DNA of 64,000 bases, from NCBI RefSeq assembly GCF_001194135.2, contig NC_068982.1:84130219-84194218 (forward strand), written 5' to 3'. The translations under genes and the position numbers were made by a program. The notes below the pieces were generated by a model. It worked only from the letters and a program-made list of their open reading frames with translations, was not told the origin of the DNA and did no database searches. Source of the DNA: Octopus bimaculoides (lineage: Eukaryota). Positions within the stretch are counted from its first letter, which is position 1; every line of letters starts with the position of its first letter. Shown one piece after another: positions 33,735 through 46,110 of the stretch.

Positions 33735-35899
33735 TATAATTTAGTCGGTATGAGAGAAAGAGGGGTCACCATCTTGTTCATAAAAACAAGAAAATAGAGA
33801 TTCACGAGACGCTTGTAATAAGTCATAGCTTTTATTATTGGAGGTAATGCGTTAACATACAAGGTTAATTGAAGGAAAACTTATAACATTACATGAATAT
33901 GTTCTGTTTGCAGTCACATGTCTCCCAGTAAGAAAGGTGAATGTGTGCACAAGTGGGCATAAACTGTGGCGATTTGACTCAATGCCAGCCTAAGGTTAGA
34001 CAGCTACAGAGTGGTGCGAATTTAGAATTTCTTCCTTTATATAAGGGATAGACTGGAAGTCCCCAACTTTCACATAAACCGGAAGCTTCCAGAAAGGTCT
34101 CGAGCATTCTAGAAGCTTGAGAGAAATTACTCTCATTAAATCCCTTTTCTGTTTTGCTTGCCAACGTAGCTGCCAGGGATCACTATTTAACTCCCCCTTC
34201 AGATGAGCAGTCGATAAGCAGAGTCATTGTAGTGATCCAGGGCAGATACAAAGCAAAACGAGGTAGCAGAAACATGTACTTGCAAAACAAGTAGTAAAAT
34301 AGAAAAATCAATACATGCATCATGATAGATACTGAATATAATTGCAGAGTTTGGCACAGTAAACCTTTAGCTACACAGTTATGCACATCAAATTAAATGC
34401 AAAACATGGCAAAATGAAAATACAATGTGAAAACATGCATGGGAACAGTGTTTGTGAATAGCGTTCTTTGTAAAAGAAATAACAAACAGTTTGTGTTTTA
34501 ATACAAAGTTAAATGTACATAGTTCTGGATAATTTTTGTGTGAGTGCGACAGTACGCAGTAAAGTGTATGCATCATATTAGATATGTAACACTACAAAAA
34601 GGAAGCTGAAGGAAGCTCTTCATAGCTTGCTGCTTGGGAAGGTGGTTTCCGCGAGATAGAGCAAGCAAAACTTGATGTGCATGCGTGATAGCTGACGTCC
34701 AGGAAACTGGAAATCACAGGATGCGAAAGTCAAGGTGTATGAGAGTGCAATGTTGGCTGTTGAGACATAAGCAGTACCAAAATTTAACCTGCAAGAGCAG
34801 TGGGTCGTTTGCAGAGGCTGAAAGGGTGTAGGTGCTAGAAAAACGACAGTGACTAGCAAAGTGAGTCAAACCATAAGGATGGCGGCAAAAAAAGGAAGTT
34901 CCAACATGCAAGAGACTTGGTGTTGATCAGGCAACAAAGGAAGAAAATGCACGGATCTGCATTCATAAAAGGTGGTTTGTGCATCCTACAAACCAGAGAA
35001 GAAACGCATGACAGAAACACGTAAGGAGCTGTTTTTTGCCAGATGAAAATGGCTTGAGAAAAGCATTCAGCTAGAATAAACCTAAAAATGTTTGGGATTG
35101 GATAGCATGCGACAGATAGCATGTATGTGTGTATGTATGAACGTTGAGCAATAAAAAAATGTGCAATTGTAACTGCTGAAAACACTGTAAAACAACATCG
35201 ATTGCAGAGTCTGATGCAGTATTTCCCAGCGAAAGCTGTGCATTGAAGACTGAGCGTGCAAGGTGAGGTACTGAATAGAGGGCGTTTCACAGTGTTAAAA
35301 GGCATGTTACAAAATGGATGGAAGAAAAAATGTAACAAAATGAACAGAAAGAAATTGAAGCAGAAAAGTTTATGGTGAGGCTGAAAAAATATGAAGGAAA
35401 GACAAGAAAACATGCAAAATGTTCAGTTCATTGAATAACTGTTCCAATGAATGCTGTTAAGAAATGCATGGTTGTTGAAAAGAAACGTCACATTTTGGAT
35501 TAGGAAGTTGTTTGAGGTGCCGTCCAACTGTGTGGTGTTCAGAGTGACTGAAATTTGCTGTATAAGGCTATAAAACCAGTTGCTGTACAGAAAATTGCAC
35601 AGGAACGATTCGAAACTGGCATTGAAATCGTGGCAGTGGTGACATTAGCACTGTAGTCCTGTACGAAGGCTGAGACAGCGTTGATGATAACGCTGTGTGC
35701 ATGGTTGTCGAAGTCTGGCCATGTGGAAAATTTGAGACAGGTGAATGCAATAGAGAACTGTTGAGATTTGGCGTGCACATCCACTGCGCATGCACAGAGT
35801 GGTAATTTCACAGGAAAAACCAGCGAGGAAGATGAAGACGGATGCCATGTTGGAAAGACTCCAACTTGTATTTTTGGCACGAACCGTTGACAGTTGACA

Positions 35900-36980
35900 T
35901 TGTGAGAGTAAATTACTTCAAAAGGAGATTATTTGAAAGGACACTATGTATTTCCTTGTCAGAAGAATGCATACTCTGTTAGGTACAAGTTCAAGGTGAA
36001 GAAAACGAATTCTAGAGGTTCAGAAATGCTAATGAAGAAATGTGGTCTAGAAATAATCTTGGCTATTTCTGTTCTGTCAGAGAGCGAATTGTAAAGTCGC
36101 CAAACATTAGATTAACTGTGGATTCGTCAGAGCATTATTACCACAATCTGCTCATGCTCTTCAAGCTTTGGCATGGCAAGGAAAAAGACTAGCTTGAAGG
36201 TTACAAGACTTATAGGAGTCCTTTGATCAGTGTGCTAATGATTTATTTGAAATGGTCAGGTTCTAGAATGTGCACAGGTGTATAGAGGATGTGCTGGAAC
36301 ATGACAAAAATATTCAAAGTGAATCTCAGACTGATCTCAATGAGGGCTATTCTTGTGGTGATCATATGGCAGATGAAAATGTTGATGTCGATTTGTCTCA
36401 CATGAGAAATGTCACTGAGGGTGCACTGAGTCATAAAGAAAGCCAACTGAATGACATGCAAAGAAAAATTTATGATGGTATTGTGGCCAGTATTGAGAAA
36501 CAAAACAATCACTGGGACATCAACGAACCTTATCCGCGATGTCATTGTGATGACTGTGCACAAGTTTTGAAATTTGTTTCTGGTATTGGTGACATAGGCA
36601 AAAGTCCGGCTGATAAAATTCAGTACATGTACCAAAAAGACAATGGCCCAAGTGTAGTGATATCAGCACCAAGCTTTCCAACTAAATGGAACAATTGTTC
36701 ATCGATTGTTAAAACTCAAAGTGCAGCACAGCAAAACTCCTGTGTATGAGGAACTATCAAAAGACAATCTAAAACTGTTGTAGACAATGCTTCAGTATGT
36801 GAGACTGATTATAAATGATGAGGTTAGCATGGTCAGTCAATTGCAGCTGGCTTTTATTCACTTGAGATTGTGCCAACTGTTTGAATCAACACAACAGAGT
36901 TCGCCTTTCGGACATATAAATGTGGTTGTCTTTGGTGATTTGTTTCAATTACCACGTGTTAGAGATGGTAACTGGGCAAG
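35900..36980 (+). pseudogene. Helitron/Helentron Rep-Hel linker and PIF1-type helicase motifs I-III
   Basis: HYYHNLLMLFKLWH (linker), FVSGIGDIGKS (motif I), LIINDEVSMVS (motif II), VVFGDLFQLP (motif III). Confidence 0.85.
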
Positions 36981-37099
36981 TCTACTCCAATCCAAATAAC
37001 GCTTTAAGAACACCCATAGAAATAGTGGCCAAGTAGTTTGTCAGCAGCTTCATATCGGCTGTTTCACGCTTGCCTATCAACTGAAGTCTGACACTCTTA

Positions 37100-39000
37100 T
37101 ACTTTGAATAAAAGGACTTGGATTTGTCAATCTCAGCCCAAATGCCTTCAGTGTCACTCTTTTCGGACTTTGTCTGATAATAGTAACATATCAGTTTAGA
37201 ATCATGCTATCTTCACTGATGTACTGTATATCAACATTCACCTTCCAGACATACAGAACGAGAGGGTTATAGTCATTAATGGACTCTTCCCCCTGTTGTC
37301 TGTCAAGTTTGTAAAGTTTCTTGACAGTTCTGCTTTTGTGGCAAGACTTTATACTCTCGTCTACACTAAGCAAATAGAAATTTCAACAGGACATGGAAAT
37401 CCAAATCTGCATCCGGTGTAAAATTGACTGTCCGAATAAATCTGTTTTCTGCAGGATCCACTACAGACATGTTATTGAAAATGTGACACCAAGTCCGACA
37501 AAACTGGACTTTCCACATTCGACGGAATATGACAAGTGATCATAGACTGTATAAAAGTCTGAATCATTCTCTTGTTGTCTCTGTCTATAACTGGGCCACC
37601 TTTAATCCACTATTTCATGTGAACATGTGGTGCATCTTTCATATGGTATTCCAATCTCCAAGTGTCAAATGACCTCCTCATAAAGGTGGCAAATCAATGG
37701 TGGAAATGTTCACTAACAGCCACTACATCATCAGCACACAGCTCATTGGTGTGCTCTGTAGCAATGTTGGTATATCTGCGTTCAACTTTTCCAAAAATTC
37801 ATCAGATCTGGCCAAAAGTTCTTTGCACAAGACAAAGTTAAGAACAAGTGGGCCAGGCCATATTTTTCGTCCATAGTCATCAAGTCTGAACATTTTCTAG
37901 ATCAAAATTGCTTGGAACCACGAACATTGGCCACCATCATATTCAAACTGCCCTCATTATCATCAAGCCACCTTTTAAACTTGCTTATAGTCATGCAGTT
38001 GTTTTTGGTAGTCTTCATAATGGCATCATATATACTGGATTCAATACCTCTCTTGTTGGCTTTATCAACAATAAACATAAGATATTGTATATCTCACTGA
38101 AATTTATGATTCAGTCTGTTTCTCAGGAACATGTAAAGGTTTACAGAGCTGAATGGTCTGCTATCCATGAACATGCCACATCCTAGCACCACACTTTTCA
38201 CATATTTTGCACATAGAGCCCAGGGAGATAATTTTTTCAGATGCATAATTACGATTAGGATCATAATTAAATGTTACACTTTGCCATTGAAATCATCTGT
38301 ACTTCTGATGATTTTCTCTGGAAAGCTTTCTTCATTTTAATCATACATTTCGGTCACTTTCACTCTCTTGTTTTCTATTTATTTGTATTCCTTGTTTTTT
38401 TCAATTTTCTTGTGCTTTTTTATTTCTATCATTTTCCTTCTCTGAAATTTTATTTCCCGATCTTTATCACCTTCTTGTTCTCTTGTCGTCTTCTCCTATT
38501 CTCTCATTTTTCACAACCTAACTTTCCGATAGTTTTCACTTTCTTTTACAATTTTCACAATAAGTATTTGAATTCTCATTCTTTTGTCTTTTTTTAATGT
38601 CTTGTAATATTTTATTTCCTTCTACATTTCTTTCACGCTCATGATTGTTTATGGGAAAGAGAGCATCATCGTGACCACTGTCAAATATGTCATTATATAA
38701 CACTGAAATCTTCCTTTCTGTCAATGTTCGACCACAAACGGTGAACAAAGGAAGAATAATTTCATTGTTGTTCTTGTGATGAACCTGAATTGTGACATTG
38801 TACAATTCACTAATGGTAGCTAATTCAACATGACCATGTTCCATCCCTACTCGTGTATGCTTGGTATTCCTGCTTTGTACTTCCAATTATTGCATATGTA
38901 TTATACGTACTCTTCCTGAAGAGTTCAGTAATTTCTGTTGTTTTTGAGCTAGAGTGACATAGCTCTGAACATACAGATACCCTCACCCATGACTTTATTA
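37100..39000 (-). pseudogene. Helentron-type OTU protease plus HUH Rep domain remnant
   Basis: OTU: VMGEGICMFRAMS (about 38961-38996), HGHVELATISELYNV, SGHDDAL. Rep: NVRGSKQF, LFLTLSCAK, RLEYHMKDAPHVH (about 37616-37658), INDYNPLVLYVWKVNVDIQYI. Confidence 0.88.
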
Positions 39001-39419
39001 AAGGGGTGAAATAATAAATTAATGTAATTGTTGAATATTTTTCAATAAATTCAGTAAGGGACTTCCCCTTCAGTTTAAACTTTAGATGGTTTTGTGAACA
39101 GAACATGACAGAAAATTACAACACCCAAAGGGATAAGATACTAAGTGATAGCAATTTCCCCTTTAGAAATCTGTCTATCTAACTTTGCGATAGATGAATG
39201 AGTGATTATAATTTTGTGAATAATAAAAACAAAATTAATAAGGTACTTCACCTTCAGTGTTGACTTGAAACATCATCTTTGTGAAAAGAAAAGTGAAAGT
39301 ATTTAGCAGACAATAACTTGTTTATTGTCTGTTCATAAATGGAAAAAGGAATGCTTTGGTTATTTCCAGATACTTTCGGTTTAAATGTTGTCAAATACTT
39401 GTCTATAGATTTGTAAGTG

Positions 39420-39438
39420 TGTGTATGTGTGTGTGTGC

Positions 39439-39490
<52 letters not shown>

Positions 39491-39545
39491 AAAACAGACA
39501 GAGTGAGAAACAGAGAGAAAGAGACACAAGCGAGACAGAAAGAGA
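39420..39545. repeat. (GT)n(GA)n microsatellite
   Basis: Directly visible. Confidence 0.95.
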
Positions 39546-39954
39546 TTGAAAGCGTGTGCGTGTGTATCTTTGAATGACAACTGTATTAACGTTACTATCC
39601 CACTGCCACTCCATATTTGTCACTTACACAACTCTGTCCTCTCCTTCCTGATATCAGTTACATTCTCTATGCTACTGTTTCCCCTCACACTATCGCTAAG
39701 GAAGACAAAAATGATGAACACAAAATCCTCGATTGAAGACAGCTACAAAGCAAACTAAAACTATTGCTCATTGGTTGATTGAATTGAAAATTAACCAATA
39801 AAACATTATTACCATGCAAACCTCAACGGCCCCTTTGCACTTTTATTGGCAAGCTAGACATGTATTGTCAGGACACGCAGAAAGACTTGACTATAACATT
39901 CTGTTGTTAGTAACAACACGCCTGACAGATAGTTATATGCTCCTTACAATATTA

Positions 39955-40075
39955 GAGTGCAAGGCTTAGTGGTTAGGGTGTTGCACTTGCTATCTAGCGA
40001 TGGTGATTTCTCTTCCTTGACTGGGTGGTTTGTTGTGTTCATGATTGAGCAAAACCCTTCACCTCCAGTTGCTTT
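39955..40075 (+). mobile_element. Degenerate tRNA-derived SINE head
   Basis: ggcttagtggttagggtg A-box-like start and gttgtgttc..ttgagcaaaac body motif. Confidence 0.4.
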
Positions 40076-40089
40076 GCGACATATTCCAA

Positions 40090-40975
40090 AAGATTGCTTT
40101 AACATTTTTAAGACCACATATAGCATTTTTTCTAAGCATTTAGTAGAAAAAACTTTATCTAGCATTTAGCAGGGAAAATAGCAGTTTGAGAAATGTTGCT
40201 TTTATTGAAGAATTTCTTAATCCTAACCCAAATTTAGGCTACAGGTATGAGAGAAAGATGGCAAAAGTGATAATCAAGAAGACTAGAAAATAATATTCAT
40301 AAAAGAGCTCAACGATTTTTACTCAGCCTTTATAAAGAACTCAAGCAACATTTGCAAGAAAACTTCTCATGCTGAGGAGTATCAAATGTTTTTCAGTAGA
40401 GAAATACTTTGAGACATTTAAAAGAGCCAATTTTTCCTGTCATAGAAACAATGCATTTAGATGAAGAAAAAATTGCTTCAGTTGAAATTCAATTTAATAG
40501 CATCCATTTTATTAAGTGAACAAATCCATCTAATACTGAGACATTCTGGTTAGAAGTTTTAGATTATAAAGATACCACTGGAGGAAATCCTTTTAGAGAT
40601 GTTGCAAAATATTAATATTGCAAAACTCAAATGCCAAAATTGAACAGTTGTTCATCAAATCAAAACTGAAAAACAAAATACAGCTTCCTTTGCTTTCTGT
40701 AAAATATGACCTAAAAAGATATGGGAAGCACTGCAAAAACTTTGACCTTCCAAAACCTATATTTGACAAGATTGGGACCTTGAAAGTGAACACATCTGTG
40801 AAATTAAAGAAATTATTTCTCAGTGCTGAATGTAATTAGGGAATGTAAATAGAGACGAATTTTTTATAATATAATTAGCCTTTAGTAAGTTTTTCTGTGC
40901 AGCATATTTTTAGCATTTTTGGCTTTTTTCTATTGAAATTTAGCATAAAATTGTGATTTTATTTTGGCAACATTA
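40090..40975 (+). mobile_element. hAT deletion derivative retaining the transposase C-terminus
   Basis: FWLEVLDYKDTTGGNPF, NAKIEQLF..KSKLKNK, SVKYDLKRYGKHCKNFDLPK; right end ttggcaacatta matches 58484-58496. Confidence 0.8.
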
Positions 40976-41742
40976 ACTCTGACACATTTCACATAAATAT
41001 CTACAAAAATAACTTGAAGTTTTGTAAAAGAATTGTGTCAGTATGTATGTGCCCACTAATTTTTACTACATTTTTTACATATAAATTGCCATATAATCGT
41101 AATCTACATCATCTGAAAGGTATTTGTAGAGATTTTCATTTGAAAAATAATTTTTCTGAAAGTTTTGAGGAAAGAAAATTGGTGAGGGCTCAATTGTGTA
41201 GGCATGACAAGAATCAGAATCAACAACAAAGTATCCATTGTTTATTATTATATTCTGCAATATCAGTCATTTATATTTTTTTACATTGATGTAAATAATA
41301 TATAATTGCACTAATATGTGACTCAGCTTTCCATTATAGACTGGCAAGTACAACTACAGGCCACTATACTTATAATTTTAAGTTGTTTTGAGCTACAAAG
41401 CTGGATGCCTTTTATTCTTTGAGGTCATTCCCACCTCTTTTTTCATAATTTTTCAGTTTTGACTTTCTTTTGAAAATTTCTTCAGTTTTATAAAGCAGGT
41501 GTCTTTGAAGAATCATAATCTTAGATGTTTAAAACATAAAGCTGGAAAAAAAATGAAAAGAAAGTCAAAAGTTAAAAATTACAAAACAATGAAGGATGAA
41601 AAAGATTGCCCCTTCCCTGTTATGATGCTTAAAACATATACATCTGAAGAATTATCTGGAGTAGATAATTAGGCTTGTTTATTTTGAGAAATGTGTCACT
41701 TGTTATCATGCTTTTATGAAAAAAAAAAATACTGTAGCTATG

Positions 41743-41780
<38 letters not shown>

Positions 41781-42551
41781 GTATATATATATANNNNNNN
41801 NNNNNNNNNNNNNNNNNNNNNNNNNNNNNNNNNNNNNNNNNNNNNNNNNNNNNNNNNNNNNNNNNNNNNNNNNNNNNNNNNNNNNNNNNNNNNNNNNNNN
41901 NNNNNNNNNNNNNNNNNNNNNNNNNNNNNNNNNNNGGAGTCAGCACTGAATAACAACTTTCATTCATTTCAATTTGAGCATGAACACTTGAAGCAAATGT
42001 TTATTTTTTTCTTCTTTGGCTGTTCTAGAGGACTACTTGCAAAGTTTAAAGTTTCTTTTACAGAAAATATTAAATATTGAATTACAAGGAACAAGTAAAA
42101 TCCATTTTGTAACAGATATTTACTCCGCTATAAGCTACAAGAATGCAAAAAGAGTTCATTGTACTGCTATAGGAATAAACTCAAACTGGAATATCTAAGT
42201 TTAAAAGGTTTTTATCAACTAAAAATACAGTAATCTACAATACTAACAAAGATTGTTAAATTGTAAGCAAAACTAAACTTCAATGCAATAATAGTTTTAT
42301 GCGGCGAGTTGCTACAGTCTCGACTAACTAGAAACTAACACTGAACACGTTGTGCCATAAACAGAACAGGCAAATATCAGCAGTCGAGACAATCAAAGTC
42401 ACGTGATCAAAACTAAAATCACAACATTTTCCCCCCTAAAAAAAAAGAACAATTAACCAACAAAATGCAAAATACAAACATAATCACGAACCAATCACAA
42501 CAATGTAATAATGAGGCATTTCATAAGTGTAACACATCATCAATCATAAAT

Positions 42552-45500
42552 TTAACCTATCAGGAACTTTTTTGCTCTGGATGAACACCAGTGCAAAGTA
42601 GTTTGAGGTTCTGGTTCTTGAGCTGGTGTAGGTGGGACAGAATCAATCATGGTATCTGAAAAATCACCATGGTGTTCATGCACTTGAGTAGGATCAGTAT
42701 CAGCAACATCAGTTTGATCCTTACTTGACTGATACTCCTCAGTTGTTTTTCCAGTAGGAGCTAAATCTCTAATGGACACAGTACTTTCATGTCCATCTGA
42801 GTACTGCACACTCCCATGGTTAGGGTTAATTTGTACCAATTGGGCTTCATCTACTAACGAGTCATACTTATTGCGTACATGTCATTTAACAAACACTTTG
42901 TCAGGTCCTTGCATTAACCAAGTAGGAACAGAAACACCACACATAGAACGTCTAGGAAATTTAAAGAATCTCTCATATGGGGTCTCATTAGTTGCCATGC
43001 ATAATAATGAACGTTGTGAATGTAAAAGTTCTAGAAGCATGACTTCCCATTGAGAAACTGGTAAATTTCTGCTACGTAAGGCCAATTTAATGGAATTCCA
43101 TATCACTCCATTAGACCTTTCACATTGAATGAGTAATTGCTATATCCATATCGTACAGAAATTGTTTAAGTTCTTTAGATACAAAACATTTAGCATTATC
43201 ACTATGAATAACAGCAGGAAATCCGAAAAGATTTAACAAAACCTTCAAATGACTAATAACGGAATGAGCACTAGTATCAGTACATGGAAAAATAAACGAA
43301 AAATGTGAATACTCATCCACAACAGTTAAAAAATAATGGTTCTTCGACACTGAAGGTAGGGGTCTTTTAAAATCAATACTCAATCTTTCAAATACTTGAG
43401 TAGATTTAATTACTGACGAAACAGAGGTTTTAGTAAAGCAAGGCTTCACCTCACAACATATTACACAATTATTAGTTATATGCTTTACATCATCTACAGA
43501 ATATGGTAAATTCTTAACTTTATATAATGAAACAATCATGTGATCCCAGGATGACACAGTGCTGCATGAACATGGTACAGCTCATTATCAGTCGTAGCTG
43601 CACAATAGGTACACGATAAAGCATCAGATGCAACATTAAACTTGCCTTGGCAGTAAATGATATCAAATTTATATTGGGATAGTTTGATTCGCCAACGCAT
43701 TATCTTTTTGTTTTTAGGTTTACTGCGCTTTTGACAATTAAACATAAAAGCAACACTGTTTTGATCAGTTATTAATGTGAAGTTACGTCCAAGAAGAAAA
43801 TGAGACCATTTTCTCACAGATTCTACAATCGTTGTCACCTCTTTTACAATACAAGAATAACGATGCTCGCTTGGGTTGAGGGTTCTTGAAAAAAATGCAA
43901 CTGGCTTTCCATTTTGGTGTAAAATGCCAGATATAGCTACCTCTGGTGCATCTGTTTCTATTGAGAAAGGAAGGCTCTCCTCAATCACTTTTAAAGTAGC
44001 ATTTGCTAAATCATCTCATAAAGTTTTTAAACTTGATGAGGCTTGTTTATTCAAAGGAAAATATTTAGTATCAACCAACGGTTTTATGTTGTCAGAGAAT
44101 TTTGGAATCCAATTAGAATACGCAAATAGACCAACAATTCGACTCAATGCTTTGTGGGTAATAGGAATAGGTAGTTCTAGTAAGGGTTTTACTCAGTCAG
44201 GGTCAGGTTTCAAGTTACCATTTTGAATTTCATAGCCAAGCAATCGAATCAGTGTAGTGCTGTAAATGCATTTGGCATCATTAAAAGTTAAATTACAGTC
44301 TTTAGCAACTTGAAGAAAAAGTTTTAAATTTTGATCATACTCTTCCTTCGATTTACCACACACAGTTATGTTGTCGATATATGCAAAAGTAGCTCTACAA
44401 TTATGGCTCTTGATTATATTGTTGATCACTTGCTGGAAACAGGGCACTGCATTTGTAGGTCCAAAAGCAATACATTTGCTTTGATACAATTTTCCCAGTG
44501 CTTCAAAAACTGTGTAAAGTCGATCTTCAACTGGAATCTCAACTTGATGATACGCACTTTTGGGATCCAGTGTGCTAAAATAATTAAATTGAGCTATTTT
44601 TGTGACCATGTAATGCATATTTGGCAGTGGATATCCATTTAATTGTGTAAACTTATTTATAGTCTCACAATAATCAATACACAGTCTCTTGCAATGATTT
44701 TCTCCTGATATTTCCAACATTTGGGCTCGCCAGAAAGAAACACTGGGTTCAATTACCCCTTCTGCCAGATCTTGGCTTATAGTATCAGCAATAAATGTTT
44801 CATAATTGGCGGACTGTCTTCTCGATTTCATAACTATGGGTTTACAGTCAAGAGTTTAAATTTTCAAACAACTTAGTTGTAATTTCACTTTTAATGCAAT
44901 TTAGAGCTCCCAAATGTAACGAGGGCTTTTTGCTGTCAAAGGTAATTTGTACATGTTGATGCTGTTTTAAGAAATTTTGTCCTAAAATTATATCTACAAA
45001 CAAATTAAGTACCACCAGCTTTACTTGCTCGTAAATTCTTCTTTGAAGTTCAATTGAACCCATAGAATAACCGTCGCTTTGGGAACAATTTCCATTGACA
45101 GCCATGTTAATTTCATTCCTTTCGGACTTCACCACCAATTTGTTTTTCTTTGCAAAGTCTTTGCTAATATGATTCATAGTAGAGCTGGTATCAATCAAAG
45201 CAAATGCTTTCACACCATCAACTGTTATTGTATAATTAACTTTAGTAGCAGCTCCACCTTGACATAAAAACACAGTTATCAAGAGCTGCTAATGTCTTGA
45301 GTGGCATTCTTTAGCAAAATGACCAAAATATCCACATTTGTAACACTTGCTCCACTTAGCAGGACACTTAAACCTCAAGTGAAAGTCATTAGATCCACAA
45401 AAGGTGCAGGATTTTCAAGTTCGTTTTGTTGCTGCACAAGCTGTGTTTCCGTCAGGAATTGAGATTTTGTCTTCTTCACGTGGAATAAACGTTGACAAAC

Positions 45501-46090
45501 AACTTCCCTGGCTGTTTATAGCAGTATGACTGCTATTATACACTTTGGAATTCCTTTGAGCAACTTCCAGTGTGCGAGCTTGGTTAAATATCGCTTCTAA
45601 AGTTATCGCAACATCTTGAACATTTTTTAAAAGTCTAAAGTGAGTTGAAGATGACGTTAATCCCAAGATAAATGCGTCATGAACAGCTTCATTTTTATGA
45701 GTCTCAGCGTCCACTGCTCTGTCCCTGCAATCTTTAGCTAGTCATTTCAATTTCTGTAAATAGTCATCAACTGATTGACCTGGTCTTGTTTGACATCAAA
45801 AGGTGTCTCACAAAAATAATGTTCAAGGGTTTCACGTACAGCCTCACCAGAGTTTGAATTGCTTCTGCATAATTCTCACATTCACTTATGAGTTCATGAA
45901 TGTCTTTATATTATGTGCACTATCAAACACCTAAGCTTGCTTTCATCAGTGATAGGCTGTTCAGCAGGAAATAATTCTAAAAAACTTATAAAAGTTCTGA
46001 ACCAACATTTCCATTCTATTGAAGCTTGACTCAAACTTGGATCATTGGATCAGTGGTGAACAAATTTGGTTTTATAAACTTGCTGTCCAT
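42552..46090 (-). pseudogene. Gypsy gag-pol pseudogene (gag, PR, RT, RNase H, IN)
   Basis: Fragments in ORFs 45415-45714, 44848-45282, 44193-44831, 43536-43988, 43120-43557, 42882-43106 and 42552-42839, in canonical Gypsy order. Confidence 0.9.
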
Positions 46091-46110
46091 TCTCTCTCTC
46101 TAGCTATTAT

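Noticed and set aside
34853-35880. Minus-strand ORFs of 186 and 113 aa
   Set aside because: Composition (F/C/S-rich) looks like antisense of a purine-rich decayed + strand; no domain recognised.
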